The translations under genes were made by a program, and so were the position numbers. The notes under the pieces were generated by a model. The model ran no database searches. It worked only from the letters and a program-made list of their open reading frames with translations, and was not told the origin of the DNA. A DNA stretch of 64,000 nt. It comes from the human T2T-CHM13v2.0 reference genome, Homo sapiens. Shown piece after piece: positions 16,725 through 41,487 of the stretch (position 1 is the stretch's first letter; every line of letters starts with the position of its first letter). The stretch lies in NCBI RefSeq assembly GCF_009914755.1, contig NC_060930.1, one strand, 5' to 3'.

Positions 16725-16840
16725 CCAGACTAGCGGAGTTTGAATCTTGGCCCTGCTGTTAGTAACTGTGTGAGCCTTGGGCAAGTTACTCAGCCTCCTT
16801 GTGTCTTGGTTTTGGTTTCTTCATCTCTAAGTAATTATAT
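16725..16840 (+). mobile_element. MIR
   Basis: MIR core 'tttgaatcttggc...ctgtgtgagccttgggcaagttactcagcctc'. Confidence 0.75.
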
Positions 16841-18271
16841 CTGTCATTATTGCCCTGATCACAAACAAAAGCCTGAATGTACTATGTTTAAAAGACAAAC
16901 CAAAAATTAACCCAAACTTGCATTATTTGTCTGAGCTACAGAATGTTCTTTCCTTGGAGAGATATCTGATATTAAACATCATCTGCATTTTACTTGCCTA
17001 GAAAATACACGGTAACTTTTCTGCCTTGCAGCATCAAACTATAGTACAGCTGAGCCCCAGTGCTGTGCAGTCTGACTCTAATTAAAGGCACCTTCTTTAC
17101 AGCAGGGCTCTGGGGAACTGGAAAAGGGGGTTTGTTTCATTATCTGGTTTTATTAAGCAGATGAATGCAGCCAGCTATATGAAGCACTTTGCAGTGAATG
17201 GCAGGTGTCCCATATCTGGTTATGTTAACCTAGAAAGGGCTCACTCTACCTCTAGGCATGTTTCATCCCAACAATCAGACTGTGCCAAAGCAGGGGACTT
17301 TGTCCTTTGTGGATTGCATAGCTGGATACCCATCATCTGTTTCTCTGATTGGAAGCTGCTGTTGTACAGAAAGACCTGCATTTCCCCCTTGTCTCCAGTT
17401 CTCTCACTACTTTTTCCTCCTCTGTGAGTGACCATCCAGGCAGTCACCATAACTGCTGGAGTGTCTGGGATTGGTAGCTCTCTCCAACTGCCTGCTTGCT
17501 CTTTACAGCCTCTCTCTGTGACTGGAATCTCTCCACCTCATCGTATCTAAGGATAACCCAGAAACATGGGGTGTCCTAGGTATGTTTATCTCGACACTGA
17601 ACCCCCTAGGCTTCTGATGAATCCAGTGATTAGCTAAATTTGACATAGAAAGTAAGAAGGAATGTCTACTTTGTATTGTGGTCCTAATCTAAGATCAGGA
17701 GAATCCTGGAATTGTTATCTGTCTCTTGCTCTGAGATACAGACTTGTTCATAGGTGTGGGGCCTGATTGGAACAGGATCTGCCATTGGTCACAATAGGTC
17801 AAGGGCTTGTTCTGAACCCTAGTTAGCTTCATTCAGAGAAAGAAACTTCCTACCTGGTCAGCTTTTTCAGCTTCTCCAACAAATGGGAGTTGAGGCAGTA
17901 GGAGTGTGGGGTTCTTGGGAAGACGATGGGGCCTTGTATTAAGGAGAAATAATGAACTATCTTCTTGATTCTTCCATTGAGAAAAGCATATGAATCCTAG
18001 GAAAGGGCTCAGCCTGTGATAGGCATTCAATAAATACTCCAATGCTGTCATTCCTTTGTCTACAGCATCCCCAAACAATGTACCAGTGATGGGCTACCTG
18101 AGCTCATCTAGTCGCCAAGCAGTATCTCCTGCTTGCTGCTGCTTTACTACATTCCAGATGCCCACCTCATCCAATTTCCAGAGCCACTATCTCTGCTGTC
18201 CACTTTCCTTCAGGCTCTGTGAATACTTCAACCTGCTGTGATTTGGGGCCGTTTGTACTCTGCATGTATTC

Positions 18272-18277
18272 AATAAA
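18272..18277 (+). terminator. RNF8: Distal RNF8 poly(A) signal AATAAA
   Basis: AATAAA preceded by TGTA motifs (tttgtac, atgtatt); gives a ~4-kb last exon. Confidence 0.65.
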
Positions 18278-18994
18278 TTCAATTCAGCAATAGTTATCAA
18301 ATGCCCATTTTCTTACTAGGCACTGCTCTAGGTGTTTGGTATGGCAATGAGCAAAACACAACCATTGTGAGCTGATGTTCTAGAAAGGTGTCAAAAGCGT
18401 TTCAAAGGTTTTATGAGATGCTGTGGGAGGGGGTTACGCACTGCTACCTACTGAGGTAGCAATGTTGGGTGTTTCCTCACATTCCTCAACCTCCACGCAG
18501 GAGATCCAGCAGGCTACGCTGGCCCATCCCAAGATCCAGAACTGGCGTTTCACATCTCTAGGACCTGGGTAGCCCAAGCCTTTGCAGCCTGCTGCTTTTA
18601 CCACCACCCACCGGCCCTCAGGATGTAGGGACCAGTTCCTTAGAGATCAAGCTGTCCTGGGCCTCTACCCAGCTCTACCCAGGGGCCTTCAAGGGCATCT
18701 CTGTGGCAGGTTTCAGGGCAAGTTTGGCCTTTTAGCATGGAGAATAGGCCCTGAAGCACCACATACCACTGTCCTGTGTAGGCAGGCACCCAGGAGACCT
18801 CTGTGGAAGCCTCAGGTACTTCAGCCAAGGTAAGCACAGATGAATGTTTCTGATGCAAATATTGGCACCAAACTTAACCTAGTGGTGGATGGGGCTGGAC
18901 AAGTTTTCAGGACCATGAGCCTTTGTGAGTTTCAGCCTGGCTATGAGGGTGCTCTCCTGATCTCAATTCCTGCCCGTCTTCCCTGGGCCTCTCC

Positions 18995-19181
18995 CAGTGC
19001 CGCCCTGGCTCTGCAGCTGATGGTGTGCGTCTCTTCCCAACTCTACATTCAGTGAGGTCATGTTGGTAGTTTGAAATCAGCCATGGTGGTAGTATTCACA
19101 CCATGGAAATTGGCAAACGCTGTAAGTTGGAGCTTTCCCCACCCCTGGATAGGCGGTTAAACACTCACCAGAGCATCACTG
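18995..19181 (+). mobile_element. MER63-like hAT (Blackjack) non-autonomous element
   Basis: 'ctcttcccaactctacattcagtgaggtcatgttggtagtttgaaatcagccatgg...ttaaacactcaccagagcatcactg'. Confidence 0.7.
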
Positions 19182-19683
19182 GCATCTCCCCACATGGTTG
19201 ACTCCTGAAGCCTGCTCACCCCAGGTCTTCCCTGTTCTTGTGAGAAAGCCACCATTCAGTCTAAGAATGCTTCTCCTTCCTGGTGCTCTGGAATTGCCCA
19301 GCATGGTAGCAGCGTCACTACAGAGGCAGGAGAACGGCTCTTCCAAAAACTTGAGGCCACATTTTGGCACCTTGGGTATCACCAACACCTTTAGAATTCT
19401 CAGTTTCTCAACCAAGTTGCTGCTGACCATCAGTACCATAACCACTGGAACCCAGAACTTATCCCAGAGGCCAGGGAGAAGGTAGATGTCATGGCGCCCC
19501 CTGTAAATAGCCCCCATTTCCTTCCTCATAGCTGTCAATGTAGATAAGATACACACTTGGTGGAAGGGGTGGAGGCAAGGGATGTCATTGCAACCAGCAT
19601 AGCCAAAGTCCTCAGCACAGCCAGTCAGTCAGTGTGCTCCATTGTACTTCCTCAAGCCTGCCTTCTACAAGCTTTTTAATTCA

Positions 19684-20435
19684 ATTTTTTTTTAATTTTT
19701 TTTTTTTACTTTTTTTGAGACGGAGTCTCGCTCTATCGCCCAGGCTGGAGTGCAGTGACGCGATCTTGGCTCACTGCAACCTCCGCCTCCTGGGTTCAAG
19801 CAATTCTTCTGCCTCAGCCTCCTGAGTAGCTGGGACTACAGGCACGTGCCACCACACCTGGCTAATTTTTATATTTTTAGTAGAGACGGGGTTTCACCAT
19901 ATTGGCCAGGCTGGTCTTGAACTCCTGACCTCGTGATCTGCCTGCCTCAGCCTCCCAAAGTGCTGGGATTACAGGCGTGAGCCACCGTGCCCAGCCTCAA
20001 GCTTTTTTACTTTAAGAGACAGAGTCTCACTCTGTCACCCAGGCTGGAGTATAGTGGCACCATCATAGCTCACTGCAGCCTCGAACTCCTGAGCTCACGC
20101 AATCCTCCCGCCGCAGCTTCCTGAACAGCTAGGACTAAAGACATGTGCCACCACGCCCAGCTAATTTTTAAAATTTTTTGTAGAGACAAGATCTCACTAT
20201 GTTGCCCAAGCTGGTCTTGAACTCCGGGCCTCAAGTGATCCTCCCACCTCAGTGTCCCAAGTAGCTAGGACTACATGCACATGCCAATACATTCAGCTAA
20301 TTTTTTAAATATTTTTGTGGAGACAGAATCTTGCTATGCTGCCCAGGCTGGTCTTGAACTCCTGACCTTAAGCAGTCCTCCCGCTTTGACCTCCCATAGT
20401 GCTGGGATTAAAGGCATGAACCACCACCTCCAGCC
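19684..20435 (-). mobile_element. Two reverse Alus (19684-19996; 20003-20435, the latter with a duplicated monomer segment)
   Basis: Reverse Alu consensus. Confidence 0.85.
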
Positions 20436-20965
20436 TCCTACAAAAATTCTTTTAACAGAGAAAAAAGGCATTGTGGTTGGGGCACCAGGCATTTCTCCAG
20501 GGCTGGAGACAGTGCTGAATGATGTGAACTACATTTCACCCTGAGCCATGTGAGTCTGGATATTAGCCCTTCCTCCCCTGGGACACATGGTTTCTACCCA
20601 GGAGGTTCCCACCATGCAAGGCAGCTCTGGCTTCTTCCAGCAAAGGCACAGATTGTCATGGGTAGCGTCTTTCCTGATTTTTGGGAAAATCCCTCCCAAG
20701 CATGCTATGACCTGGAAGCTGGCAGCTGCCCTTGACTCAAAGATCATAGCGTGTGGCTTGAGGGTTAACCTGGAGAGCAGGCCGGTTTCCCAGTGAATGG
20801 CTCTAGTCATGTAATTTGTTTCTAAGTGTGCAGTCCTCACAAAGCAGCTGTGGCTATCCTCTTCCCATTTGGAAAATCTCCTTACCCTTCTGCCACAGGT
20901 CAGGTCCTGAAATTCAAGGGACAGAAAGAGTCTCCCCTACCTCCTCTTCCCATGCCTGAATGTGA

Positions 20966-21286
<321 letters not shown>

Positions 21287-22019
21287 GACTACTCACTTTC
21301 CCCCGCTCTTCTGGAGTTGCCCAATCCCTTCTAAGGGGAACTTAGCTTCTGAACCCCTGGGGAAGAAGTGCTCACATTCATTCGTTGCACAAATAGTTAC
21401 CAAATACCTAGCGTGCCAGACACTGTGTTAGCTACTAGGGTTACAACCCTGAAGAAGACAGGCACAATACGTGACCTTCTGGAGCTTGTCCTGTGGAGAA
21501 CTCACAGAGTAACAAGTGTTTGTAGGCATAGTACTGGGAGCCAAGAAAGCACGGAGAGGGGACAACTAGCCCAGACTGAGGAGCATGGAAGGCTTCCAGG
21601 AGCATGTGGCATCTTAGCTAAGATTTGAAGGATGACTAGGGGTCAGCAGAGTAAGAGTGGGGAGAGGATAGGGCTGGGGAGCAGACAAGGAAGTGGGAGG
21701 GTGTGGAGGTGAGAGACAGCATGGCCTCTTGAAGTGAAAGGCATTCTGTGTGACTAGATTGTAGAGTTTGGGGAGATAAATAATCATGTTAGCTAGCAGC
21801 AGCACAATAACTTTGGTTGAGCAGTTACCAGTACTGTAGATGAGGAACTCTTTTTTTTTTTTTTTTAGTAGAGACAGGGTCTCGCATTTTATAGATGAGA
21901 AATGAAGGCAATGAGAGATCAAGATTTATGATTGATTGAATGTGGGGGTGAGGGAGAGCCTGGAGGGAAAGATGACCATGGGTTTCTGCCTTGGACAACA
22001 ATCTCAGTGATAGTGTTCA

Positions 22020-22433
<414 letters not shown>

Positions 22434-23167
22434 CTATGTATGCTGACTTGTATGCTCCCCTCTGCTATTCACACAAATTTAGATTTTTCCTCATAGTCTT
22501 CTGGACATCAACTTTCATAGCCATGGCTGGAAATTATTAAAATTGTCCTAGATTGTGTAGATTTGAGAATTTACTCTTTCACAACGCCCGAAAGCAAATC
22601 GTCACATGTTGTTAAGTGTGCCATATGCTATTACACCCACACCCGTTCCAGCATCCACTGAATTGGTTGTCAAGATAAGTATCCACTAACTGGGAGAGCA
22701 TAAGTGCTGGGGCAGGAGAGCTGTTGCTTCAAGACCTTCCTCTCACAGTTGTAGGAAAATTCACATGTGAAATGTACTGAAGTAACCCTTGTGGTTGACA
22801 CTGACAGAAAGAAATGCCCCAATAAGTGAATTTATGAAATCACTGCCCATATGAGGACATGAAGGAGCTGCTGCCCTTGGGTGGAGGAGAAGGTGTCAAT
22901 CATAAGGATTTTGTGGCTTCTCAGCAGAGTTGAGAGTGCAGAGGTGAGAGCTGGCTTGGTGATACAAATGTGAGACTCATGGATGTATAGATGGTCACTG
23001 GGGTCCTGAGAGAGGGTGAAATTCCTAAGGAGAGTGGGTGAGGGAAAAATTACCCAAGACAGAACATTGAGGATAACAGACATTCAAGGGAGCAGCTTGC
23101 AGAAACTGAAAAAGGGTAGGAGGCAAGAGGTAGGAGATAGAAATGGTGATGTAGCTGAGAGGGCAAA

Positions 23168-23789
23168 TGTGATAAATAACTTTCTGTGTAGACGTGATTG
23201 GGCCATGGGGTGTCCAGGCATTTGGTCAAACATCATTCTAGGTACATGAGGGTATTTCTGGATAGGACTAACATTTGAAGCTATACCAAATAAAGCAGAT
23301 TGCCCTCCCTAATGTGGGTCGGCCCCATCCAATCAGTTGAAGGCCTGAGCAGAATCAAATGGCTGACTCTCTGGCAAGTAAGACAGAAGTGCTTCCTGCC
23401 AGACTGCCTTGAGCTGGGACATCAGTTTTCTTCCTGCCTTTTGACTTGAACTGAAACATCAGTTCTGTCTGGGTCTCAAGCCTCAGGTCTTTGGACTAGA
23501 TCTACATACACCGTCAGCTCTCCTGGGTCTCCAGTTTGCTGACTGAAGATCTTCAGATTTGTCAACCTCCAGAACTGTGTGAGCTCATTCCATATAACTG
23601 ATATTCCTCCCTCCCTCCCTCCTTCCCTTCTCTCTCTCTCTCTCTCCCCCCCTCTTTCCCTCCCTCCCTCCCTCCCTCCCTCCCTCCCTCCCTCCCTCCC
23701 TTCCTTCCTTCCTTCCTTCCTTCCTTCCTTCCTTCTTTCCTTCCTTCTCCTGTTGGTTCTGTTTTTCTGGAGAACCCTGACCAATATAC
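23168..23789 (+). mobile_element. MLT2 (ERVL) LTR containing a (CCTC/CCTT)n microsatellite
   Basis: 'aaagcagattgccctccctaatgtggg...ctgttggttctgtttttctggagaaccctgaccaata'. Confidence 0.8.
23606..23748. repeat. Compound (CT)n/(CCTC)n/(CCTT)n polypyrimidine microsatellite
   Basis: Directly visible. Confidence 0.95.
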
Positions 23790-24534
23790 CAAAGCAGTGC
23801 TTCAAGAAGTAGAGAATTGTCGACTGGGTCGAAGGTTGCTGTTTGGTCAAGTAAGATAAGATATTTAAAAAGTAGCAACAGGTTTAGCAACCAGGAGGCT
23901 GTTGGAAGAGCAGTTTTAGTGGCACAGTAGAGGCAAAACAACCATTTGCCCTGCATTAGGGAGTGAGTGAAAAATAAGCACTTATTATATTTCAGGAGGA
24001 GAAGAGAAAAAATAGAATAGAGATGGAAAGACAAGTCTGAAAATATGGAAGAGGGAAGTTGAGGAATTTTCTTACTGATGGTTTCTATTTATGCTGCGAA
24101 GTTGAAAAGGGATCTTCTGACAAGTGTGAAGGGAGAGAGGTGTCTGGATGGAAGGTTGGAAGAAGGAGGAGATGGTCTAAAATAGCTACTGCAGAGAACA
24201 GGGGAGGGCTCACTAGGGAAACAGGATTGCTGGGCTGTGTGGGGGCATGGTGATGAGGGGGCCATGGGTGTCTATGACACCAGTAGGCACTTTTGTGTGG
24301 TTTTCCCTGGCAGACCCTACATCTGGAGAAAATGCAGCTGGATGGACCCAGGGTTGGGATTTGCTAATGAGGTACCATGGAGATGAATAGGGGTTAAAGT
24401 GATGGAACTTGGATTCAGGGCTGGTTAAGGTGGAAAATGAAAACAGGAGGGAGTTGATAAGTAGAAAGTAGGGAGGTCCAGGGTCTGGGGAAGCTACCTG
24501 CAGGGTCAAAGAACAGTGTAAACACACACACACA

Positions 24535-24872
24535 CAGAGTCATCTTTTGGTATCTGTGGGGGATTGATGGTTTCAGGACGCCCCATGGGTTCCAGAATCC
24601 ACAGATGCTCAAGTCCCTGATATAAAATGACGTACTATTTGTATATGACCTATGCACATCCTTCTGTATGCTTTAAATAATCTCTAGAGTACTTATAATA
24701 CCTAAACAATCCTACACATCACTTCATTTGTGTGGATTCAACATAGTACTTGACACATGGCATATTCAAGTTTTACTTTTTGGAACTTTGTAGAATTTTT
24801 TTTCTGAATATTTTTGGTCCTCACTCAGTTGTATCTATGGATGCAGAACCCATGGATATGGAGGACCAACTG
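24535..24872 (+). mobile_element. MER2-type Tigger-derived DNA transposon
   Basis: 'ggtatctgtgggggattg...atgctcaagtccctgatataaaatg...ggatgcagaacccatggatatggaggaccaactg'. Confidence 0.8.
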
Positions 24873-25108
24873 TGTGTGTGTGTGTGTGTGGTGTGTGTGT
24901 ACACATACATATATATGTATATACATGAATATACTTCTCTTGTGGCTATATTTGTCTTACGGATATTAAAAATAAGAACAAATATTAAACAAAATGTCCA
25001 TAGGAACTCTTCATTTTCAATAATATGTTCTTCTTATACCTCTTAATCTCCCACTCTCTTTTCTCTTTAATTTTCAGCTGCAACAGCAGGAACAAATTAT
25101 GCATTTGT

Positions 25109-25760
25109 TGTGGAATTAGGAGGACCAGAGAGAGACCTTGGGGTGTATACAGGAGGATGTCTTTATTATTGAGTGCAATCAGACCCAGCAGACTTAATGT
25201 CCAAAGACTGGGCACAGAACAAAGACAGCACTTGACTTTTATACACACTTCACAAAAGGGAGTGGGCAAGCTTACAGTGGCATGAAAGCAGGGATACAGA
25301 GGCAGGACAAAGACAGTTAATTAACTTGTAACAGGTTCATAACTTAGGATTGCACATGACCATTGCTGTGCAACCCAGATGTCTGTTATCTAGGTTTTGC
25401 TCTAAAGAGCCTTGCACTGGCTTATCTCATAACCTTCACTATGGTGCCCAGGCAGCTGTAGTTCAGGCCTGCTCAGGCTTCTCATGACCTTCATTGTACT
25501 CATTAGATAAAACAGAATACTTGAAGTTACTAGTTACAGAGAACAAGAATCTATAAACTCATGCCATAAAACAAAGGAAAATTTGTTTTTCTTCTCCCTA
25601 TGTTGAGGGAGTGCTGGGAGAGTCTGCAGAGCACGTTAGATAATATTATTAAGACTTTTCCTGGGTCTGGCCTGTGCTTGTTGCCGCCTCTGGGTCAAGT
25701 CAGCCTAATACAGAAAAGCTTATTTCTCTTTCAATTTTTTCTTTAATTTCCCACCTCACG
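25109..25760 (-). mobile_element. Solo ERV1 LTR (LTR15-like) with 4-bp TSD TTGT
   Basis: Minus strand begins (t)gtgaggtgggaaattaaag; ttgt at 25105-25108 and 25761-25764. Confidence 0.75.
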
Positions 25761-25869
25761 TTGTCATGAAATGTTGCAAAAATCTTCTTTGATATCTTCC
25801 CCTTTCCTGCAACTATCTCACCTATATTTGTCCTTTTTGCCCCCTAGCACAGCACCTAAACTACATTCT

Positions 25870-29345
<3,476 letters not shown>

Positions 29346-29414
29346 AAGTAAATTGGATCAAAGTTTTTATTTTAGCTTGCCTGCCTGCTTGCTCGCACGC
29401 TTTCGCTTGCTTGC

Positions 29415-30128
<714 letters not shown>

Positions 30129-30131
30129 TGA

Positions 30132-31500
30132 AATGTCACAGAAAATGACAAATGATGAAGATCATATGTTATATTTTTTAACTTCCATTATTGAACGTTA
30201 TGGGACACAAAAGGCAGAGTGGTGTGTGTGTCTATAACAATTAATGTGAATTAAAGTATGACATCAGAAAAATTGAAAGAGTATATCACATCTGCCCAGC
30301 TTGAAAGGGCATCTAAGTAAGACATGTCTCCTGGCAGACATCTCTCAATGTAGCCAGCTCCCTCTTTTTGTTTCTGTATGCATGCTGATGCCATCAAATA
30401 AGAATTCTTATTTTGTGAGTCCTTTTGGAAACTACAAAACCTGTTCATTTTGGAAATGGTGAAAGGATTTTTTGCCAAATAAAACTTTGGAACGAAAACT
30501 TTCATACTCTGCACAGATGGAGCTCCTGCAATGCTTGATATTTCATCTAGTTTTCCTACTTTAATGAGAAAGCAAACTCTTCACATAGGCATCATCATTA
30601 TTATTTTCTTTTTACAGAGGCATGTACTGACAAGAAAGATTCTTTCAACAATCCTGAAAAATAAGGTGTGTCAACAGCCATAAACGTCATCAACTTTATC
30701 AGAGGTAGGTCTCCGAGTCAAACATGTTAAAAATTTTCCATTAAGATGTGAGAGCAAAATATGAATTGCTTCTCTCCACACAGAGGTTTACTGACCTTCA
30801 TGAGAATATGCCTTGAAGCACTTTTTCAAACTAAGGACTGAAGTTTTACTTTAACTGAAATAAAACAAGAGCAAAAGAAAAGAAAACCCACTCTTGGGAC
30901 ATTATGAGAAAAGGAATTTTATCAATGTGTTGGCTTACCTGGCAGATACTTGAAACCATATGAATGAGTTGAACCTTCAATTCAATGTTATGAAATCAAC
31001 ACTATAGATGCTACTGAAAAAATTAAAAACATTCTTGGCTAAGTGGTCAATAAGAAAGAAGCTGGAGGATATGCTGTTCTAAGATGGAGTTGTAATACAC
31101 AATTCTCTGTTGTTTTCTTTGAAAACAGAAATCTGTAAATTTCTTGAACACTTCAGATGTCTTCCAAAGGCTATGTCTATCTTGATGGCTTCTAAGTTGA
31201 CCCAGAGACCTGCAATCTATTTCTTTCTTACACAAACTGAATCAAAGATGTTAAGATGTTGACCTAACTGAAGATGAATTAATTGATCTTAGGATAAAAA
31301 ATACAGTTGAAGTTTAACTCAAAAATCCTTGAAAAATTATTGAATTCCTTAAGAAAGGATCATCTTTGCCTTGATTTTTAACAAGGTCCAGAAACTTTAA
31401 TTCTGTTTGCAACAATAGTTTTTGAATCCACAAATGGGGATTTTTCAACACTTACGACATTTGAAGATTGATTTTATGTGTAACAAAACATTCATTGTCA
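30132..31500 (+). pseudogene. Decayed hAT/Charlie transposase (ZBED5/ZBED8-Buster class; Charlie2-like)
   Basis: Motifs CTDGAPAML (30510-30536), VINFIRGR, LAYLAD, MNELNL and EFLFCES read across frameshifts and stops. Confidence 0.8.
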
Positions 31501-31562
31501 AACATCATCTTACAATTTAATTTTCTTATTTAAGCTAAGTAACAGCCTTTTCACATATATAC

Positions 31563-31900
31563 TGATATGATTTGGCTCTGTGTCCGTACTCAAATCTCAC
31601 TTCGAATCGTATAATGATCCCCATAATCCCTATGTGTCAAGGGCCAGACCAGGTAGAAGTAATTGAGTCATAGGAGCAGTTTCCTCTGTGCTGTTCTCAT
31701 GATAAATGAATGAGTCTCATGAGATCTAATGGTTTTATAAGCATCTGGTGTTTCCCCTGCTTGCACTCACTCTGTTCTGCCGCCCCATGAAGAAGGTATC
31801 TGCTTCTCCTTTGCCTTCTGCCATGATTGTAAGTTCCCTAAGGCCTCCACAGCAACGTGGAACTGAGTTGATTAAAGCTCTTTCCTTTATAAATTTTACC
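31563..31900 (+). mobile_element. THE1 (MaLR) LTR
   Basis: 'tgatatgatttggctctgtgtcc...gccatgattgtaagttcc...ctctttcctttataaatt'. Confidence 0.85.
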
Positions 31901-31955
31901 ATACATACATACACACACATGCACATATATATGTTAAGTGTTTTTATTGTGTTAA

Positions 31956-32284
<329 letters not shown>

Positions 32285-33405
32285 AATTCACAGATCTTAA
32301 GTGAACAGTTCCGTAAGTGTTGGCAATGTATGTACCTGGGTAACCACCACATCAATCAAAGTATAAAATATTTCCAGCATCCCACCAAATTCCCTCATAC
32401 TTCTTTTCAGTAATTCCTCGGTCCCAGAGCCAACTACTCCTCAAGTATCACCATAGATTAGTTCTGACTCTTCTTGAACTTCATATAAATAAAATCATAG
32501 CGTGTATACTCTTCTGTGCATGGTTTTTTTTCACAGCATTTTATTTTTGAAGTGATTATGAATAAAACTGCTGTGAACATTCATGTGCAAGCCTTTTTGT
32601 GTGCATATGTTTTCATTCTATTGTAAATATCTGGAGGTGAAATTGCTGGGTCATAGAGTAGGTGTATATTTAACTTCATGAGAAACTGCCACACTGATTT
32701 CCAAAATAGTTGTGCCATTTTACACTCCCACAGTAATGTGTGAGAGTTACGGTTGCTCCATACCCTGTCAGCATTTGGTTTTGTCTGTATGTTTAATTTT
32801 AGCTATTCGAGTGAGTGGGAAGTGGTATTTCATTGTGGTGGTTTTAATTTGCATTTTCTTGATAAATAATAGAATACAATTAAATTGGCTTTTTGGTATA
32901 CAGTTCTATAAGTTTTAATACACATGTAGAGCTGTGTAACCACCACCACAATCAAGATGTAAAACAGTTTCATCACCCTAAAAAATCCCTCATAGATTCC
33001 CCTTTGTTTTGTGGTCAAACTCCCCCCTCCCCATCTCTAACCCCTAGCAACCACTGATGTATTCTTTGTCCTGTAGTTTTGCCTTCTCCAGAAGGTCATG
33101 TAGATGGGATCATACAGTATGTAACAATTGGAGCCTGGCTTCTTCCAGTTAGCATTTTAAACTTTTTTCATGCCATTGCTTATGTCAACAGTTTGTTCAT
33201 TTTTATTACTTGCATAGTATTCCATTGTATAGCTATATACAGTTTATTTATTCTCCTGTTGAACAACATTTGGTTTCCAGATTTTGACAATTATGAAAAG
33301 AGCCGCTAAAATCATTTGTTTGTGGTTGTTCTGTGAGCATAAGATTCATTTATCTGTGAGCATAAGATTCTAGTTATTAAATAGTTCAGTGGAACTGCTG
33401 GGTCA

Positions 33406-34153
<748 letters not shown>

Positions 34154-35760
34154 TTAAAAAAATTGTAATCATTCTAATAAGTGTATAACTAACCATTGTT
34201 TTAGCTTTCATTTCCATAATAGCTAATTTCAAGCACTTCTTTGTCATCCACATACTTTCCTTGGTGAACTATCTGTTCAAATCTTTGACCCATTTAAAAA
34301 ATTGAATTGTTTTCTTATGGTTGAATATTGAGAGTTCTTTGTATATTCTGGATACAAATTCATTGTGGGATAAACAATTTGCAGATATTTTCTCCCACTC
34401 TGCAGCTTCTTTTCATTTTCTTAACAGCATCTTTTTCAGAGCAATAGTTTTCCATTTTGATGCAGCCAAATTTATCAATTTTTTTATGAATCATGATTTT
34501 TGTGTCATATTTAAGTAGTCTTTGCCTAACCCAAGGTCATTAAGGTTTTCTCCTCAAAGCATTATAGTTTTACGATTTTTGTTTAGATCTATGATCTATT
34601 TTGGTTTAATTTTTGTACAGAGTTTCAAACTCTATAAGGATAGAGCTTTTTTTTGCATATGGATATTCAGCTGGTGTTCTAACACCATTTGTTAAAAGGC
34701 AACTCTTTCTCCACAACTAAGTCTTTGTATTTTAAAAAATTTTATTTTTTTGTTGAGGTAAAATATTCATGTAAAATTTACCATCTTTGTCAACTTCAAG
34801 TGTACAGTCCAGTGGTAATAATTAAATTTATATTCTTTTTTTTCTCTTCATCCCTCCTTTCCCTCCCCTTCTTGGCCTCTGGAAACCACCAGTCTACTCT
34901 CTATTTTCATGAGATCTACCGCTTTAGCTCCCACATATGGGTGATAACATATTTGTCTTTCTGTGCCTGGCTTATTTCACTTAACATAATAGCCTCCAGT
35001 TTCATCCATGTTACTGCAAATGAGAGGCTTTCATTCTTTTTATGGCTGAATAATATCCTACTCCTTTGCACTTTCGTCAAAAAGCAATTAGTTTGATCAG
35101 AAATATACCTGTTTTTGGTAAAAAGTTTTTAAAAAGCAATTGGTTTGTATTTTTGTGTGTCTCAAGGCGGGAAAAGCAACTGGCAGTGTTTTTGTGGCCA
35201 ATTTCTGAACTCTATTCTCTGTCCTACTGATTGTGTTTCTATTACTTTATAGCACCACACTGCCTTGATTACTGTAGCTTTATAGTGAGTCTTAAAATTG
35301 GGTAGTATGAATCCTCCAGCTTTATTCTTCTTTTTCAAAATTGTTGCTGGCTATCCATGTTCCTTTGCCTTTCCACATAAATTTTAAAATCCATGTATCT
35401 ATTTCTACAAAAATTCCTATTGGAATTTTTACTGGAGTTGTATTAAATCAATAGATCATTTAGAGATAATTGACATCTTAACTATATTGAGTTTTTTAAT
35501 CCATGAATGTTTTATATCTCTCTATATAGGTCTATCTCGATTTGGTTCATTGGCATTTTATATTGTTTAGCAGACATATCCTGCACAAGTTTTGTTAGAA
35601 TATTTCATTTTCTTTAAGCTATTGTAAATAATTTAAATTTTTGTTTAATTTCCAATTAATTGCAAGCATATAGAAATATGTATTTTATATTATATAAGTA
35701 TATTTAAAATATAATATATAAATATATAATATATATAACATATAATATACATATATATAT

Positions 35761-40459
<4,699 letters not shown>

Positions 40460-40509
40460 TCTATTTCATGTTTGCAAGATAGTTTTCCTGGGTATGGAAT
40501 TCTTGGCTG

Positions 40510-40993
<484 letters not shown>

Positions 40994-41487
40994 TTATTGG
41001 TTGCGAGTCTTTTTCTTTCAACATTTTGAATATGCCTTCTGGCCTCCATGGTTTCTAATGAGAAATCAGCTGTTAATCTTATTGAGGATCCATTATATGT
41101 GATGAGTTGCTTCTTTTGCTGCTTTCAAGATTCTCTCATTGTTTTTTTTGACACTTTGACTATGATATATAGTGTGCATCTGTGAGTTTATCCTACTTGG
41201 AGGTTATTGAGCTTTTTGGTTGTGCAGATTAATGCTTCTCAGTAAATTTGGGAAGTTTTTGGCCCTTATTTCTTCAAATATTATTTCTGCTCCTCTCTCT
41301 ATCCTCTATGTCTGAGGCTCCCATTATGTGTTTGTTGGTACACTTGCTGGTGTCCCATAGGTGTCTGAGGCTTTGTTCATTTTTATTCATCACTATTGTT
41401 TTTTTCTGTGCCTTAGTCTGGGTAATCTCATTTGACTTCAAGTTTTATGATTCTTTCTTTTGACAATTCAACTCTGCTGTTGAGTGC

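Noticed and set aside
18442-18461. Hairpin TGCTACCT-ACTG-AGGTAGCA containing TGAGGTAG (let-7 5' end)
   Set aside because: Stem is only 8 bp and the rest of let-7 is absent; not a pre-miRNA
19176-19556. 126-aa minus ORF and 95-aa plus ORF in unique-looking DNA
   Set aside because: No recognisable homology, non-ATG starts, no exon chain. A tblastn search would be needed to exclude an old pseudogene.
20529-20840. Three overlapping ORFs in an unassigned segment
   Set aside because: No family recognised; lengths are within chance range
22440-22800. Unassigned insertion-like segment within L2
   Set aside because: Probably an old repeat, but I cannot identify its family or termini
23476-24034. 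EGRK/EGGR repeat ORFs
   Set aside because: Microsatellite translation within the MLT2 LTR
30132-31500. Possible domesticated ZBED-like gene
   Set aside because: Many stops, frameshifts and a large internal deletion; fossil only
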